Positions 17,632 through 27,110 of a stretch of 64,000 bases of DNA are shown piece after piece; position 1 is the first letter of the stretch; each line of letters starts with the position of its first letter. A program made the position numbers and the translations under genes. The notes under the pieces are model-generated. The model saw nothing but the letters and a program-made list of their open reading frames with translations. It was not told the DNA's origin and searched no databases. Source of the stretch: Alphaproteobacteria bacterium (GTDB taxonomy: Bacteria; Pseudomonadota; Alphaproteobacteria; UBA6615); assembly GCA_965261975.1 (NCBI GenBank), contig CBDHEC010000008.1, positions 32,001 to 96,000 of the forward strand, written 5' to 3'.

Positions 17632-18699
17632 ATGCCCAACGACGCGAAGACGATGCAGCGCTATACACGCGACCAGATAGAGGCCTTCATGACGCGATGC
17701 TTTGTCGCGACGGGCATGCCCGATGGCGATGCCGCGACGGTGGCCCGTCTGATGGCCGAGGGCGACATGCTCGGCAAGGACTCCCACGGCATCTTCCGAC
17801 TGCCCGGCTATATCGGACGACTCAAATCGCAAGGCTTCAACGCGACCCCCGAGATCAAGATCGAGAAAGAACGCACCGCAATGGCGCTGATCGATGGTGA
17901 CAACGCGATGGGTCATCTGGTCGTCAACCGGGCGGCAGAGGTCGCCATCGAAAAAGCGAAACAGACCGGCGTCGCCTGGGTCGGGATGAAACATTCGAAC
18001 CATGCCGGTGCGGCGGGCGTCTATTCGAACATGGCGCTCGAACACAATATGATCGGCCTCTATGTCGCCGTCGGCAGCGCAAACCATCTGCCACCGTGGG
18101 GCGGCACCGAGGCGCTGCTGTCGACCAATCCGATTGCGGTATCCGTCCCGGCCGACAAGGAAGACTCGATCGTCCTCGACATGGCGACGACCGTGACCTC
18201 CTACGGCAAGGTAAAGGTCTATGCCCAGCGCGGCATCGAGATGCCGGAAGGCTGGATGGTCGGCCCCGATGGTGGACCGCTAACCGACGCCAGCAAGGCG
18301 GGTACCGGTTACCTCCTGCCCATCGGCGGCCCCAAGGGTTACGGGTTGGCACTGATTTTCGGCATCCTGGCCGGCACGCTCAACGGCGCGCATTTCGGCA
18401 AGAATGTCGTCGACATGAACGCCGACCCGTCATCGGCCACCAACACCGGCCAGTTCTACCTGGCGGTCGACATCGCGGCCTTCATGGATGTGGATGATTT
18501 CAAGAAACAGGTCGATGCCGTCGTCGCGGAAATGCATGGCTCACCGACCCTGCCCGGAGTCGACAGCGTGCGCCTGCCCGGCGAAGGCACCCACGCCGCC
18601 TATGCGGACCGCTCGGCCAACGGCATTCCGTTGCCCGACCCCCTGCTTGAAGACCTCGCCAGCGTCGCGGACGATCTCGGCGTCGACAGGCTGAGTTGA
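17632..18699 (+). CDS. Ldh_2 family oxidoreductase (malate/L-lactate/ureidoglycolate dehydrogenase type)
   Basis: DSHG, HSNHAG, STNPIA, LDMATT, GGPKGYGL and RLPGE motifs. Confidence 0.92.
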   Translation: MPNDAKTMQRYTRDQIEAFMTRCFVATGMPDGDAATVARLMAEGDMLGKDSHGIFRLPGYIGRLKSQGFNATPEIKIEKERTAMALIDGDNAMGHLVVNRAAEVAIEKAKQTGVAWVGMKHSNHAGAAGVYSNMALEHNMIGLYVAVGSANHLPPWGGTEALLSTNPIAVSVPADKEDSIVLDMATTVTSYGKVKVYAQRGIEMPEGWMVGPDGGPLTDASKAGTGYLLPIGGPKGYGLALIFGILAGTLNGAHFGKNVVDMNADPSSATNTGQFYLAVDIAAFMDVDDFKKQVDAVVAEMHGSPTLPGVDSVRLPGEGTHAAYADRSANGIPLPDPLLEDLASVADDLGVDRLS

Positions 18700-19643
18700 A
18701 CCCGGATCGGCCGGATGACACGGCCGTCCACGAGGATGAGTTCGACATGACCGGCCCGGCGCCGCCGGCGAAATCCCCGGCACCGCTTTTTCAGGCGGTC
18801 GCCTGGATGACGGGCACGCTGCTGTCGTTCACGCTGATGGCCATCGCCGTTCGTGAGCTATCCGGCGAGATCCACAGTTTCGAAATCATGCTGTTCCGAA
18901 GCATCGGCGCGCTGGTGATTTTGATGCCTTTTGCCCTGAAAATGGGTCACGCGATCTGGCGCACGAGCAATCTCAAGCTTCAATTCGGCCGTAACTTTGT
19001 CCATTTCGCAGCCCAGCTTGGCTGGATAACCGGTATCGGCCTGTTGCCCTTGGCTGAAGTCTTCGCGATCGAGTTCACGGCCCCGATCTGGGCAACGATC
19101 CTGGCCGTGCTGTTCCTGGGGGAAAAGTTGAACCGTGGCCGGGTCGTCGCGGTGGTCTTCGGATTCATCGGTATTCTGATCATCCTGCGTCCCGGGGTTG
19201 CCGTTATCGACCACGGCACGCTCGCAGTCCTCGGCGCGGCAGTCGGCTTCGCCATGACCCTGTCGATCACGAAGTATATGACCCGCACCGACGCCCCCAT
19301 CGCGATCCTGCTCTACATGTCGGTGATCCAGTTGCCGATGGGTATCGCGCTGTCGGCGTTCGTCTGGGTCACACCCGACTGGCTGCAACTGTTCTGGCTT
19401 TTCGTTGTCGGCGCCGTCGGCCTGTCGGCTCACTATTGTACGGCCAAGGCCCTCTCGATCGCAGACCAGACCATCGTGGTGCCGATGGACTTCATGCGCC
19501 TGCCTCTGATCGTGGCGGTCGGGCTTCTGCTCTACAACGAAACCGCTCAGCTGCCGGTGTTGGTTGGCGCGCTGATAATTTTCGCCGGCAATTACTACTC
19601 GATCCAGCTCGAGAACAGGCGGCGCAAGGCAAGCGGGAGCTAG
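18696..19643 (+). CDS. DMT/EamA family transporter
   Basis: About 10 TM segments; FLGEKL; overlaps the upstream stop codon. Confidence 0.87.
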   Translation: MNPDRPDDTAVHEDEFDMTGPAPPAKSPAPLFQAVAWMTGTLLSFTLMAIAVRELSGEIHSFEIMLFRSIGALVILMPFALKMGHAIWRTSNLKLQFGRNFVHFAAQLGWITGIGLLPLAEVFAIEFTAPIWATILAVLFLGEKLNRGRVVAVVFGFIGILIILRPGVAVIDHGTLAVLGAAVGFAMTLSITKYMTRTDAPIAILLYMSVIQLPMGIALSAFVWVTPDWLQLFWLFVVGAVGLSAHYCTAKALSIADQTIVVPMDFMRLPLIVAVGLLLYNETAQLPVLVGALIIFAGNYYSIQLENRRRKASGS

Positions 19644-20003
19644 TCAGCGCACGCGGACGACCCGGAATGTTCGCAACACGCCGTCATGTTCCGTGATCGA
19701 GACATATTCGCCTTGAACCAGGATGTGCCGGTCGAGCTTGAACAGCGGTTCGTCCTCATCCGCCGGCTCGTCATCATAGTGGAACGCCCAGCCGCTGCCG
19801 CGATGGACCAGATGTCCATGTTCGTCCGGCTCATTGTGCCAGAAACGGCGCACGGTGCATTTGTCGCGCACGTCGTGCCATTCGCTGCGGTCCAGATGTC
19901 CGTCATCCGTGAGCGGGGCCGCGAATTCGTAGCCACGCTCCACGCTGCCGTCGGGAAAATCATGGTCGCGCCCGAGTTCAAGGCGGATGTGACGTAAGGT
20001 CAT
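19644..20003 (-). CDS. Conserved-looking hypothetical protein preceded by an FNR box
   Basis: GGAGG RBS before ATG at 20003; IRLELGRDHDFPDGS..GYEFAAPL..GEYVSI..LRTFRVV; good codon usage. Confidence 0.75.
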   Translation of the reverse strand: MTLRHIRLELGRDHDFPDGSVERGYEFAAPLTDDGHLDRSEWHDVRDKCTVRRFWHNEPDEHGHLVHRGSGWAFHYDDEPADEDEPLFKLDRHILVQGEYVSITEHDGVLRTFRVVRVR

Positions 20004-20071
20004 CGATCGAAATCCTCCGGGAAATTTCCAAGGGTCGACCGCAAGCCTATGCCGCACGTGACGGCAACGCG

Positions 20072-20085
20072 TTGACGCACGTCAA
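20072..20085. promoter_or_regulatory. FNR/FixK-type box
   Basis: TTGAC-GCAC-GTCAA (consensus TTGAT-N4-ATCAA), centred about 75 bp upstream of the 20003 start. Confidence 0.72.
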
Positions 20086-20131
20086 GATCGTTGGGAAAAG
20101 TTAGCCGACCCGCCCCGGGCGGCAACAGTCC

Positions 20132-21319
20132 CTAGGCCGCCTCGGCGACGTCTCGCACGGCGTCGATGTCGGGGAAGATGACGTGGTTAGGATTGGGCAA
20201 TTCGATCAATCCTTCATCGCGCAAAGCGGTGAAAGTACGGCTGACAGTCTCGATGGTCAGGCCGAGATAATCCGCGATGTCCGTGCGCGACATTGGTAAA
20301 TCGATGCTCGCATCCCGGCCCGTCGGGTCCAGATGCTTGTGGCGGTAGAGCAGGAACGACAAAATCTTCTCGCGCGCGGACTTGCGACCGAGCAGCAGCA
20401 TCTGCCCCTGCGCAGCGAGCCCATAGAGCACGCGCGAACCCATGATGATCTGTATCAGCGCCCCGTTCACAATTGCCAGCGTTCCTATGAACACAATCGG
20501 CAGCGGCGATGCGCCGGTGGCGCGGGCATAGATATCGGCCAGGGGTGCGTCGCTCTGCCCAAGCGCTTCACCGGATGCACCCAACAACGCGACCAGCGAC
20601 ACAACAAAGTAGAGGAACGCGGTAATCAGCAGGGTGAGTATGATCGCCCGCGGCATCGTGCGGCGAACATCGCGCACTTCCTCCGCAACATTCACCATGT
20701 CCTCAAAACCGATGAAGGCGAAGAATGCCAGAACGGTGCCGGAAGCCAGCAAGGCAAATGCCGGACGCCGCGTGTCGTCGAGGAGCGTGTCGACCCAGGC
20801 ACCGGTTTCCATCAGTCCATCGCGCGCCACCCAAACCACCAGAAGCAGGCCGGCGACCTCGACGGCCGTGATGATCGCGGCGACCATCACCGCCTCGCGG
20901 ATTCCCCAGATCGCGATAAAAACCAGACCCGCCAACAAGATCGCCGTGAACACGGGCGCTGGCCAATCGAGCACGAGCCCCAGATAGCCGGTGAATCCCT
21001 TGGTCAGCACAGCCGACGAGATAACACCCGACGCCGCGACCAGCAGCCCCACCACCACCGACAGGCGGGGCATGCGCAAGCCCTCGCGGACATAGAGCGC
21101 CTCACCCGCCGACCGCGGCATGCGCGTGCTGAGTTCGGCGAAACTCGCGGCGCTCAGCCCGGCGAGGCAGGCCGCAGCCAGAAAACTTAGTGGCGCGAAG
21201 GCGCCCGCGACCTCGATGACCGTGCCGGTCAGCACATAGATACCCGCCCCCACCGTGGTGCCGACGCCGTACATCGTCAGAAGCGGTAGCGTCAGCACCC
21301 GGTTGAGTTGCGGTGTCAT
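20132..21319 (-). CDS. In-frame chimera: truncated APC amino-acid permease (about 306 aa) plus C-terminal Crp/FNR HTH domain (about 89 aa)
   Basis: N-part GTTVGAGIY, FAEL..P.S.GE, FFAFIGFE and SRVLYG; C-part MLLLGRKSAREK..FL..LPMSRTDIADYLGLTIETVSR; junction near 20401-20410. Confidence 0.8.
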   Translation of the reverse strand: MTPQLNRVLTLPLLTMYGVGTTVGAGIYVLTGTVIEVAGAFAPLSFLAAACLAGLSAASFAELSTRMPRSAGEALYVREGLRMPRLSVVVGLLVAASGVISSAVLTKGFTGYLGLVLDWPAPVFTAILLAGLVFIAIWGIREAVMVAAIITAVEVAGLLLVVWVARDGLMETGAWVDTLLDDTRRPAFALLASGTVLAFFAFIGFEDMVNVAEEVRDVRRTMPRAIILTLLITAFLYFVVSLVALLGASGEALGQSDAPLADIYARATGASPLPIVFIGTLAIVNGALIQIIMGSRVLYGLAAQGQMLLLGRKSAREKILSFLLYRHKHLDPTGRDASIDLPMSRTDIADYLGLTIETVSRTFTALRDEGLIELPNPNHVIFPDIDAVRDVAEAA

Positions 21320-21343
21320 GAGGGTACTTCGGACCTGGTCGAG

Positions 21344-22153
21344 CTAGTGAGACAACAAGGTCGGGACCGTCATGTGTTCGAGGACATTGCGCGTCACACC
21401 GCCAAATGCCAGCTCGCGCACGCGGGAGTGCCCATAGGCCCCCATGACGACAAGGTCGCAACCTTCATCGGTGACCGTATTCAGGACGGCATCTCCGACC
21501 GAGACTTCCTTGGCAGCCACATGCTTGATCTCGGCCTCCACCCCGTGGCGGGCCAGATATGCCCCCAGCCCGACATCCCGATTGTCACCGTCGGCATTGG
21601 CGCGAAAGACGATCACCCGTTCAGCGGCCTGGAGCATTGGAATGGCGTCACGCACGGCGCGCGCGCATTCGCGTTTCGGCGTCCAGGCCAGCAGAACCGT
21701 CTTGCCGATCTGCTCGAAGTTTCCGGCCTCGGGAATCGCCATGATCGGCACGCCGAGTGCCAGGCTGGCCTCGCCGATCAACCAGCTATAGTCGCCACCG
21801 CCATGTTGGGTGAGAACAAACAGGTCGGTTACCGGTGCGATATTCTGAAGACTTTCCACGATATTCTGCGAGCTGCCTTGCCACTCGGCCGACGCGACAC
21901 CCGCCGCACGGCAACCATCCTCGAACACGGTGCGGAATTCCTCGGCTTCCTTGTCCGCGTCTTCATAGTAATTGCTCATGACATCGTCCGGCAGCGGGAT
22001 CGCGGCATAGACCGGGATGTTCAGCGGCGGAATCAACAGCATGCCGGTCAAATGGGCGTCCTGCGCCGCCGCCAACCGGGCCGCGGCATCCAACGTATCG
22101 GAATTTCGGGCATCGCCGCGCAACAGACCAACGCAAATGGATCGATAGCTCAT
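21344..22153 (-). CDS. Universal stress protein (tandem USP domains)
   Basis: C-terminal DLVVMGAYGHSRVRELAFGGVTR..L..P.LLSH; AAGGAG RBS. Confidence 0.93.
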   Translation of the reverse strand: MSYRSICVGLLRGDARNSDTLDAAARLAAAQDAHLTGMLLIPPLNIPVYAAIPLPDDVMSNYYEDADKEAEEFRTVFEDGCRAAGVASAEWQGSSQNIVESLQNIAPVTDLFVLTQHGGGDYSWLIGEASLALGVPIMAIPEAGNFEQIGKTVLLAWTPKRECARAVRDAIPMLQAAERVIVFRANADGDNRDVGLGAYLARHGVEAEIKHVAAKEVSVGDAVLNTVTDEGCDLVVMGAYGHSRVRELAFGGVTRNVLEHMTVPTLLSH

Positions 22154-22209
22154 TTCGGTCTCCTTCAAATGGTGTTTCCTCACCATCACCCGGAACGGCG
22201 CGTATTTCA

Positions 22210-22223
22210 TTGATCCTCCTCAA
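22210..22223. promoter_or_regulatory. FNR/FixK-type box
   Basis: TTGAT-CCTC-CTCAA (9/10 match), centred about 63 bp upstream of the USP start. Confidence 0.7.
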
Positions 22224-22237
22224 AAGATCCGCCCATG

Positions 22238-22264
22238 AAAAAGGGCGGCCCCAGGGGCCGCCCT
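22238..22264 (-). terminator. Rho-independent terminator after the cupin gene
   Basis: AGGGCGGCCCC-a-GGGGCCGCCCT inverted repeat followed by a U-run on the minus strand. Confidence 0.75.
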
Positions 22265-22293
22265 CGATATTCGTCTGACAGATTACGATGCCG

Positions 22294-22872
22294 TCAGGCG
22301 GCATCCACGCCGGCGGTAAACCGCATGCCGCGTTCTTCGAATTGCTCGACCACATTGTCGCCGAAGCCGGACAGTTTCTCCGCGATCGCAGGCGTGAAGG
22401 CGATGTCCGTCATGTCGTGAACGCCGCCGCTTATCACCACCTGCAGGACACCTTCTTCATCACCGATATTGCGGAACGCCCGGCACACGCCCGGCGGCAC
22501 GGAGATCGTGTCGAACTCTTCGAGCTCGATGCGCTCGCCGCCGTCGTCGTTCCAGGTCACTTCGAAGCGACCCCGCAGAACCGTGAATGTTTCATAGGTT
22601 TGCTGATGGTTGTGCAACTCCGGTCCGGTGCCCGGCGGGCACACGGCGTGGGTCATGGTAATGCCCCCGGAGCCCTGGATCGGTGCCCCCTGATTGACCG
22701 GCGTGTCTTCCGTCCCGCCCAGGCCGATCACCGACAACAGCTCTCGGGCGTAAATGACGTCCTTGGCTTCCTGCGGAATGTCGAGGCTCTCGGCTGCGCG
22801 GAGCGGCTTCAACTCCCGAAAACGGGACACACGGCTCTGCATGTCCTCGGGGGATATCTCGATTGTCTTCAT
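22294..22872 (-). CDS. Cupin domain protein
   Basis: PPGTGPELHNH..TYETF and DTISVPPGVCRAF cupin motifs; GGAGG RBS. Confidence 0.85.
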   Translation of the reverse strand: MKTIEISPEDMQSRVSRFRELKPLRAAESLDIPQEAKDVIYARELLSVIGLGGTEDTPVNQGAPIQGSGGITMTHAVCPPGTGPELHNHQQTYETFTVLRGRFEVTWNDDGGERIELEEFDTISVPPGVCRAFRNIGDEEGVLQVVISGGVHDMTDIAFTPAIAEKLSGFGDNVVEQFEERGMRFTAGVDAA

Positions 22873-22946
22873 CGTGACCTCCATGTCTTTTCGTTGTTCC
22901 GTGAAGTGATTATGGCACGCCTGGGAGCGGGATCGCGACCCGGCAA

Positions 22947-24143
22947 TCAGAAATCCTGTTCGCTCGCGCTGAGCCCCGTGCTGCCGTAAAGCCAGGCCAG
23001 CCGGTCATAGTAATCTTCCACGCCCATCGAGCGCATGATCTCGTTCCGGACCCGGGCGTGCATACCGTCGGGATGAAAGACGAGATCCCCGATCTCCCGC
23101 GAACCGATTTGAACCCGCGCGGTGCGCACCAGTCGCTGGTCCTGATAGGCGATCAGCCCCTCATGGGCATTCGAACGATGGACATCGAGATTGTGCGCCA
23201 GGCACACGGCATCCTCCATCGCCATACACGCTCCCTGCGCGTAGTACTGCATCATCGGATGGGCGGCATCCCCCAACAACGCCACCTGGCCGTCGACCCA
23301 GTTTTCGACCGGTTCCCGATCGCACAACACCCAGAGTCGCCAGTCATTCCCGATCTCGATGATCTGCCGTGCGCTCTCGTTGATATGAGCAAACCCACGG
23401 CGGACCTCGTCTTTCGACACCGGCTTGCCCGCGACCGGTTCGGGCGCATCATTGTGGTAGGTGACGACGAGGTTGAAATACTTCCAGTCAGACAAGGGAT
23501 AGTGGACGATGTGACATTTGGGTCCGGCCCAAAGCGTGGCGGCATTCCAGCGCAATTCCTCGGGCATTTGCGCAAAAGGAATTACCGACCGGTAGGTCGA
23601 GTGCCCCGAAACCCGGGGCTCTCCGTCGCCCACCACGCTGCCGCACAGGTTCGACCAGAGCCCATCCGCGCCGATCAGGACGTCGGCCGCAAATTGCTCG
23701 CCACCGGCCAGCTGCACTGACACACCTGCGGTTTCGTTGGTGTATCCAACGACCTCGGCGTTAACCCGCAGTTCGATATTCTCTCGCGACCGGCAGGCAT
23801 CCAGCAGGACTCCGTGCAGATCCGCCCGGTGGATCACGGCATAGGGGTTCCCGAACCGTTCCCGGAACGGTTCATCGAGCGGTATGTGAATGATCTCCTC
23901 GCCGCTGACCGCATCCATCAGGCGCAGCATGTCGATGAAAACGGCCTTGTCGCGCGCGGCGGTGCCGACACCGAAATAATCGAGTGCGTGAAACGCGTTC
24001 GGCCCGAGCTGGATACCGGCCCCGATCTCGCCCAGTTCGGACGCCTTCTCGAGGACGATGACGTCGAAACCCTTGTTGGACAAACCCAATGCCGCCGACA
24101 ATCCGCCGATGCCGCCGCCCGCAATTGCGATTGTCTTATTCAC
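22947..24143 (-). CDS. FAD-dependent monooxygenase, 3-hydroxybenzoate 6-monooxygenase-like
   Basis: GGGIGG, GAGIQLGPNA, IHRADLH, GADGLWS, HIVHYPL and GDAAHPMMQY.AQGACMA.EDA motifs. Confidence 0.88.
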   Translation of the reverse strand: MNKTIAIAGGGIGGLSAALGLSNKGFDVIVLEKASELGEIGAGIQLGPNAFHALDYFGVGTAARDKAVFIDMLRLMDAVSGEEIIHIPLDEPFRERFGNPYAVIHRADLHGVLLDACRSRENIELRVNAEVVGYTNETAGVSVQLAGGEQFAADVLIGADGLWSNLCGSVVGDGEPRVSGHSTYRSVIPFAQMPEELRWNAATLWAGPKCHIVHYPLSDWKYFNLVVTYHNDAPEPVAGKPVSKDEVRRGFAHINESARQIIEIGNDWRLWVLCDREPVENWVDGQVALLGDAAHPMMQYYAQGACMAMEDAVCLAHNLDVHRSNAHEGLIAYQDQRLVRTARVQIGSREIGDLVFHPDGMHARVRNEIMRSMGVEDYYDRLAWLYGSTGLSASEQDF

Positions 24144-24217
24144 CGCTGCCCCGTCCCGTTACGCGCCGCCGCCTGAACCATCGCCGGACACCCGGCAATT
24201 GAGTGCAAATGGGGAAT

Positions 24218-24291
24218 TGGAGCGGGTGAAGGGAATCGAACCCTCGTATGCAGCTTGGGAAGCTGCCGTTCTACCATTGAACTACACCCGC
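24218..24291 (-). tRNA. tRNA-Gly (CCC)
   Basis: GCGGGTGTAGTTCAATGGTAGAACGGCAGCTTCCCAAGCTGCATACGAGGGTTCGATTCCCTTCACCCGCTCCA; 74 nt, CCA encoded. Confidence 0.97.
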
Positions 24292-24496
24292 ATTGGGGGG
24301 CCGACTCTATAGTAAACGCCCCCTGTCCGCGCAACCGGCGCCGGTATGCGCAAGGCAACAATGTTACAGTCTGACAGGGTGGACTTTTGCGCCGTCATGT
24401 AGCCAAATCGCCCCGAAATTTGCGTTGAGGCGCATAAATATGCGGCACAACACCGGATTCAGGCGCAAACAGATGTACGAACAAATATACGACCAG

Positions 24497-24889
24497 ATGT
24501 ACAATCAGACGACCAAGGACATCTCGGTCACCGTCACTCCCATCTTTCTCGAGGACCAGTCGGAGCCCGACGAGGACCATTTCGTATGGGCCTACCAGGT
24601 GCGCATCGAGAATTGCGGGCCCGACACCGTGCAACTGCGTTCACGCTACTGGCACATCACCGATGCCAACGGGCTGGTCCAGGAGGTGCGCGGGTCGGGA
24701 GTTGTCGGCGAACAACCGGTTCTCGAGCCGGGAGAGACATTCGAATACACGAGCGGCACGCCGCTCGCCACGCCGTCGGGAATCATGGTCGGCTCCTACC
24801 AGATGCAGACCGATGATGGCGACCTGCTCGAGATCAATATTCCGGCGTTCTCACTCGACAGCCCGCACCAGGTCGTGCGCCCGAACTGA
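24497..24889 (+). CDS. apaG: ApaG protein
   Basis: [31 protein letters not shown] and FEYTSG motifs; alternative start at 24473. Confidence 0.95.
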   Translation: MYNQTTKDISVTVTPIFLEDQSEPDEDHFVWAYQVRIENCGPDTVQLRSRYWHITDANGLVQEVRGSGVVGEQPVLEPGETFEYTSGTPLATPSGIMVGSYQMQTDDGDLLEINIPAFSLDSPHQVVRPN

Positions 24890-24933
24890 CGTCCCGCTCG
24901 CCGCACACGCAACCCGAACCGACGGATAGCAAC

Positions 24934-25551
24934 ATGCCAGATGACAAGCCGCAGAACCCGATGTTGGCGCCCAACCGCACGGAGGCGGAAGAGGCCGTCC
25001 GGACTCTTCTTCGGTGGGCGGGTGACGATCCGACCCGCGAGGGACTGGTCGACACCCCGGCGCGGGTGGCCCGCGCCTTCGAGGAGTTCTTCGCCGGCTA
25101 TCATGTGGACCCGCTGGAGTATCTTGAGCGCACCTTCGAGGAGGTAGACGGGTATGACGAGATGGTCGTACTCCGCGATATCCGCCTCGAATCCCATTGC
25201 GAGCACCATCTGGTACCGATCATCGGCAAGGTTCATATCGGCTATTTGCCCGATCGCCGTGTCGTCGGCATCAGCAAGCTGGCGCGAGTCGCCGAGGCAT
25301 ATGCCAAGCGTCTGCAAATTCAGGAGAAACTGACCGCACAGATCGCCAACTGCATCAATGACGTGCTGCGCCCGAAAGGTGTCGCGGTCGTGATCGAGGC
25401 ACAGCATCAGTGCATGACAACCCGCGGGGTCCACAAGACCGATGTGGCGATGGTCACCAGCCGCATGCTGGGCGCGTTCCGGGAATCTTCCGACACACGG
25501 CGCGAGTTCCTGTCCTTCATCGGCAATGTCTCGCCGGGCAGCTCCGCCTGA
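24934..25551 (+). CDS. folE: GTP cyclohydrolase I
   Basis: [30 protein letters not shown] and HQCMTTRGV motifs. Confidence 0.97.
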   Translation: MPDDKPQNPMLAPNRTEAEEAVRTLLRWAGDDPTREGLVDTPARVARAFEEFFAGYHVDPLEYLERTFEEVDGYDEMVVLRDIRLESHCEHHLVPIIGKVHIGYLPDRRVVGISKLARVAEAYAKRLQIQEKLTAQIANCINDVLRPKGVAVVIEAQHQCMTTRGVHKTDVAMVTSRMLGAFRESSDTRREFLSFIGNVSPGSSA

Positions 25552-25659
25552 TCTGGTTCCGGCGCTGGACAGGCTGCGGGTTTTCACCAATCATCCGCCG
25601 CATACCGGCCCGACCGCAGATTCGAACCACGGGCACCAACCGGGCGACGAGAGATCCAA

Positions 25660-27108
25660 TTGCTAGATTTCCGACCCATTCTCTTCATTCTGGGCATTCT
25701 GCTCACCACATTGTCCATCGCCATGTTCCTGCCGGCGCTGGTCGATGCAGCCAGCGGTAACGACGACTGGCAGGTCTTTCTCGCGTCTGCGGGACTAACG
25801 CTGTTTATCGGCGTCTCGCTGATCCTGACCATGCGCGGCGGCGATATGAAGGTCGGCATCCGGGAAGCCTTTGTCCTGACCACGGCAAGCTGGCTCGGCC
25901 TGACCGTGTTCGCAGCACTACCGTTCGTGTTCGCCGGGCTGAATCTGAGTTTCGCCGACGCCTTCTTCGAAGCCATGTCCGGGATCACGACAACAGGCTC
26001 CACGGTGATCATCGGGCTCGACGCCGCGCCGCCGGGAATTCTGCTCTGGCGCGCCCTGCTCCAGTGGCTCGGCGGGATCGGTATCATCGTCATGGCGATT
26101 GCCGTGCTCCCGATGCTGCAGGTCGGCGGCATGCAGATTTTCCGCCTCGAAAGCTCGGATACTTCCGAGAAGGTCCTGCCGCGGGCGGCCCAGACCTCAA
26201 CGGCCATCGGGTCGATCTATCTGGCCCTGACACTGGTATGCGCGCTCAGCTACTGGCTGGCCGGTATGCCCGGCTTCGATGCCATCGCCCACGCGATGAC
26301 GACCATCGCAACGGGCGGCTTCTCGACCTCCGACAACAGCATCGGCGTGTTCGACCGAACCGGCATCGACATCATCGCGATCGTCTTCATGATCGTCGGC
26401 TCCCTGCCTTTCGTTCTCTATCTTCAGGCGGCACGCGGCCGCCCCATGGGCCTGCTCCAAGATTCCCAGGTTCGCTGGTTCCTGGCCATCGTCGTCGCGA
26501 TCATGGCCATCCTGAGCGCGAGCCTCTACTTCGCGCAGGATATGCCGCTCGGCGCGTCGATCCGTGCCGCGACCTTCAACGGCGTGTCGATCGTCACCGG
26601 GACCGGGTATGTCTCGGCAGCATTCGACAACTGGGGCAGCTTCGCACTGATCGTTTTCTTCGTGATCATGTTCATCGGCGGCTGCGCCGGTTCGACCACC
26701 TGCGGCATCAAGATTTTCCGCTTCCAGGTGCTCTATGCAATCGCAACGATGCAGGTCAAACGCCTGTTGCAACCCCATGGCGTGTTCATTCCCCACTACA
26801 ACCGAAACCCGATCACGGAAGAGATCGCCCTGTCGGTGCTCGGGTTCGTGTTCTTCTACATCCTCGTTTTCATCCTGCTGGCCCTGGGCTTGAGCGTGCT
26901 CGGCCTGGATTTCCTGACGAGCCTGTCGGGTGCCGCGACGGCAATCTCCAATGTGGGCCCGGGCCTCGGCCCGACGATCGGACCCATGGGCACGTTCGCG
27001 GACCTGCCCGATGCGGCGAAATGGATGCTCTCGATCGGCATGCTGCTCGGCCGGCTTGAACTGTTTACGGTTCTGGTGATCCTGACGCCCGCTTTCTGGA
27101 GAAGCTGA
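25660..27108 (+). CDS. trkH: Trk potassium uptake membrane protein
   Basis: FEAMSGITTTG, QWLGGIG, ATGGFS, GGCAGST.CGIK, NVGPG and GRLE motifs. Confidence 0.95.
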   Translation: MLDFRPILFILGILLTTLSIAMFLPALVDAASGNDDWQVFLASAGLTLFIGVSLILTMRGGDMKVGIREAFVLTTASWLGLTVFAALPFVFAGLNLSFADAFFEAMSGITTTGSTVIIGLDAAPPGILLWRALLQWLGGIGIIVMAIAVLPMLQVGGMQIFRLESSDTSEKVLPRAAQTSTAIGSIYLALTLVCALSYWLAGMPGFDAIAHAMTTIATGGFSTSDNSIGVFDRTGIDIIAIVFMIVGSLPFVLYLQAARGRPMGLLQDSQVRWFLAIVVAIMAILSASLYFAQDMPLGASIRAATFNGVSIVTGTGYVSAAFDNWGSFALIVFFVIMFIGGCAGSTTCGIKIFRFQVLYAIATMQVKRLLQPHGVFIPHYNRNPITEEIALSVLGFVFFYILVFILLALGLSVLGLDFLTSLSGAATAISNVGPGLGPTIGPMGTFADLPDAAKWMLSIGMLLGRLELFTVLVILTPAFWRS

Positions 27109-27110
27109 TC

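Noticed and set aside
24218-24291. Integrative element at tRNA-Gly or at tRNA-Arg (61932-62008)
   Set aside because: Accessory genes lie 3' of both tRNAs, but no integrase or duplicated tRNA 3' end (att site) was found by eye.
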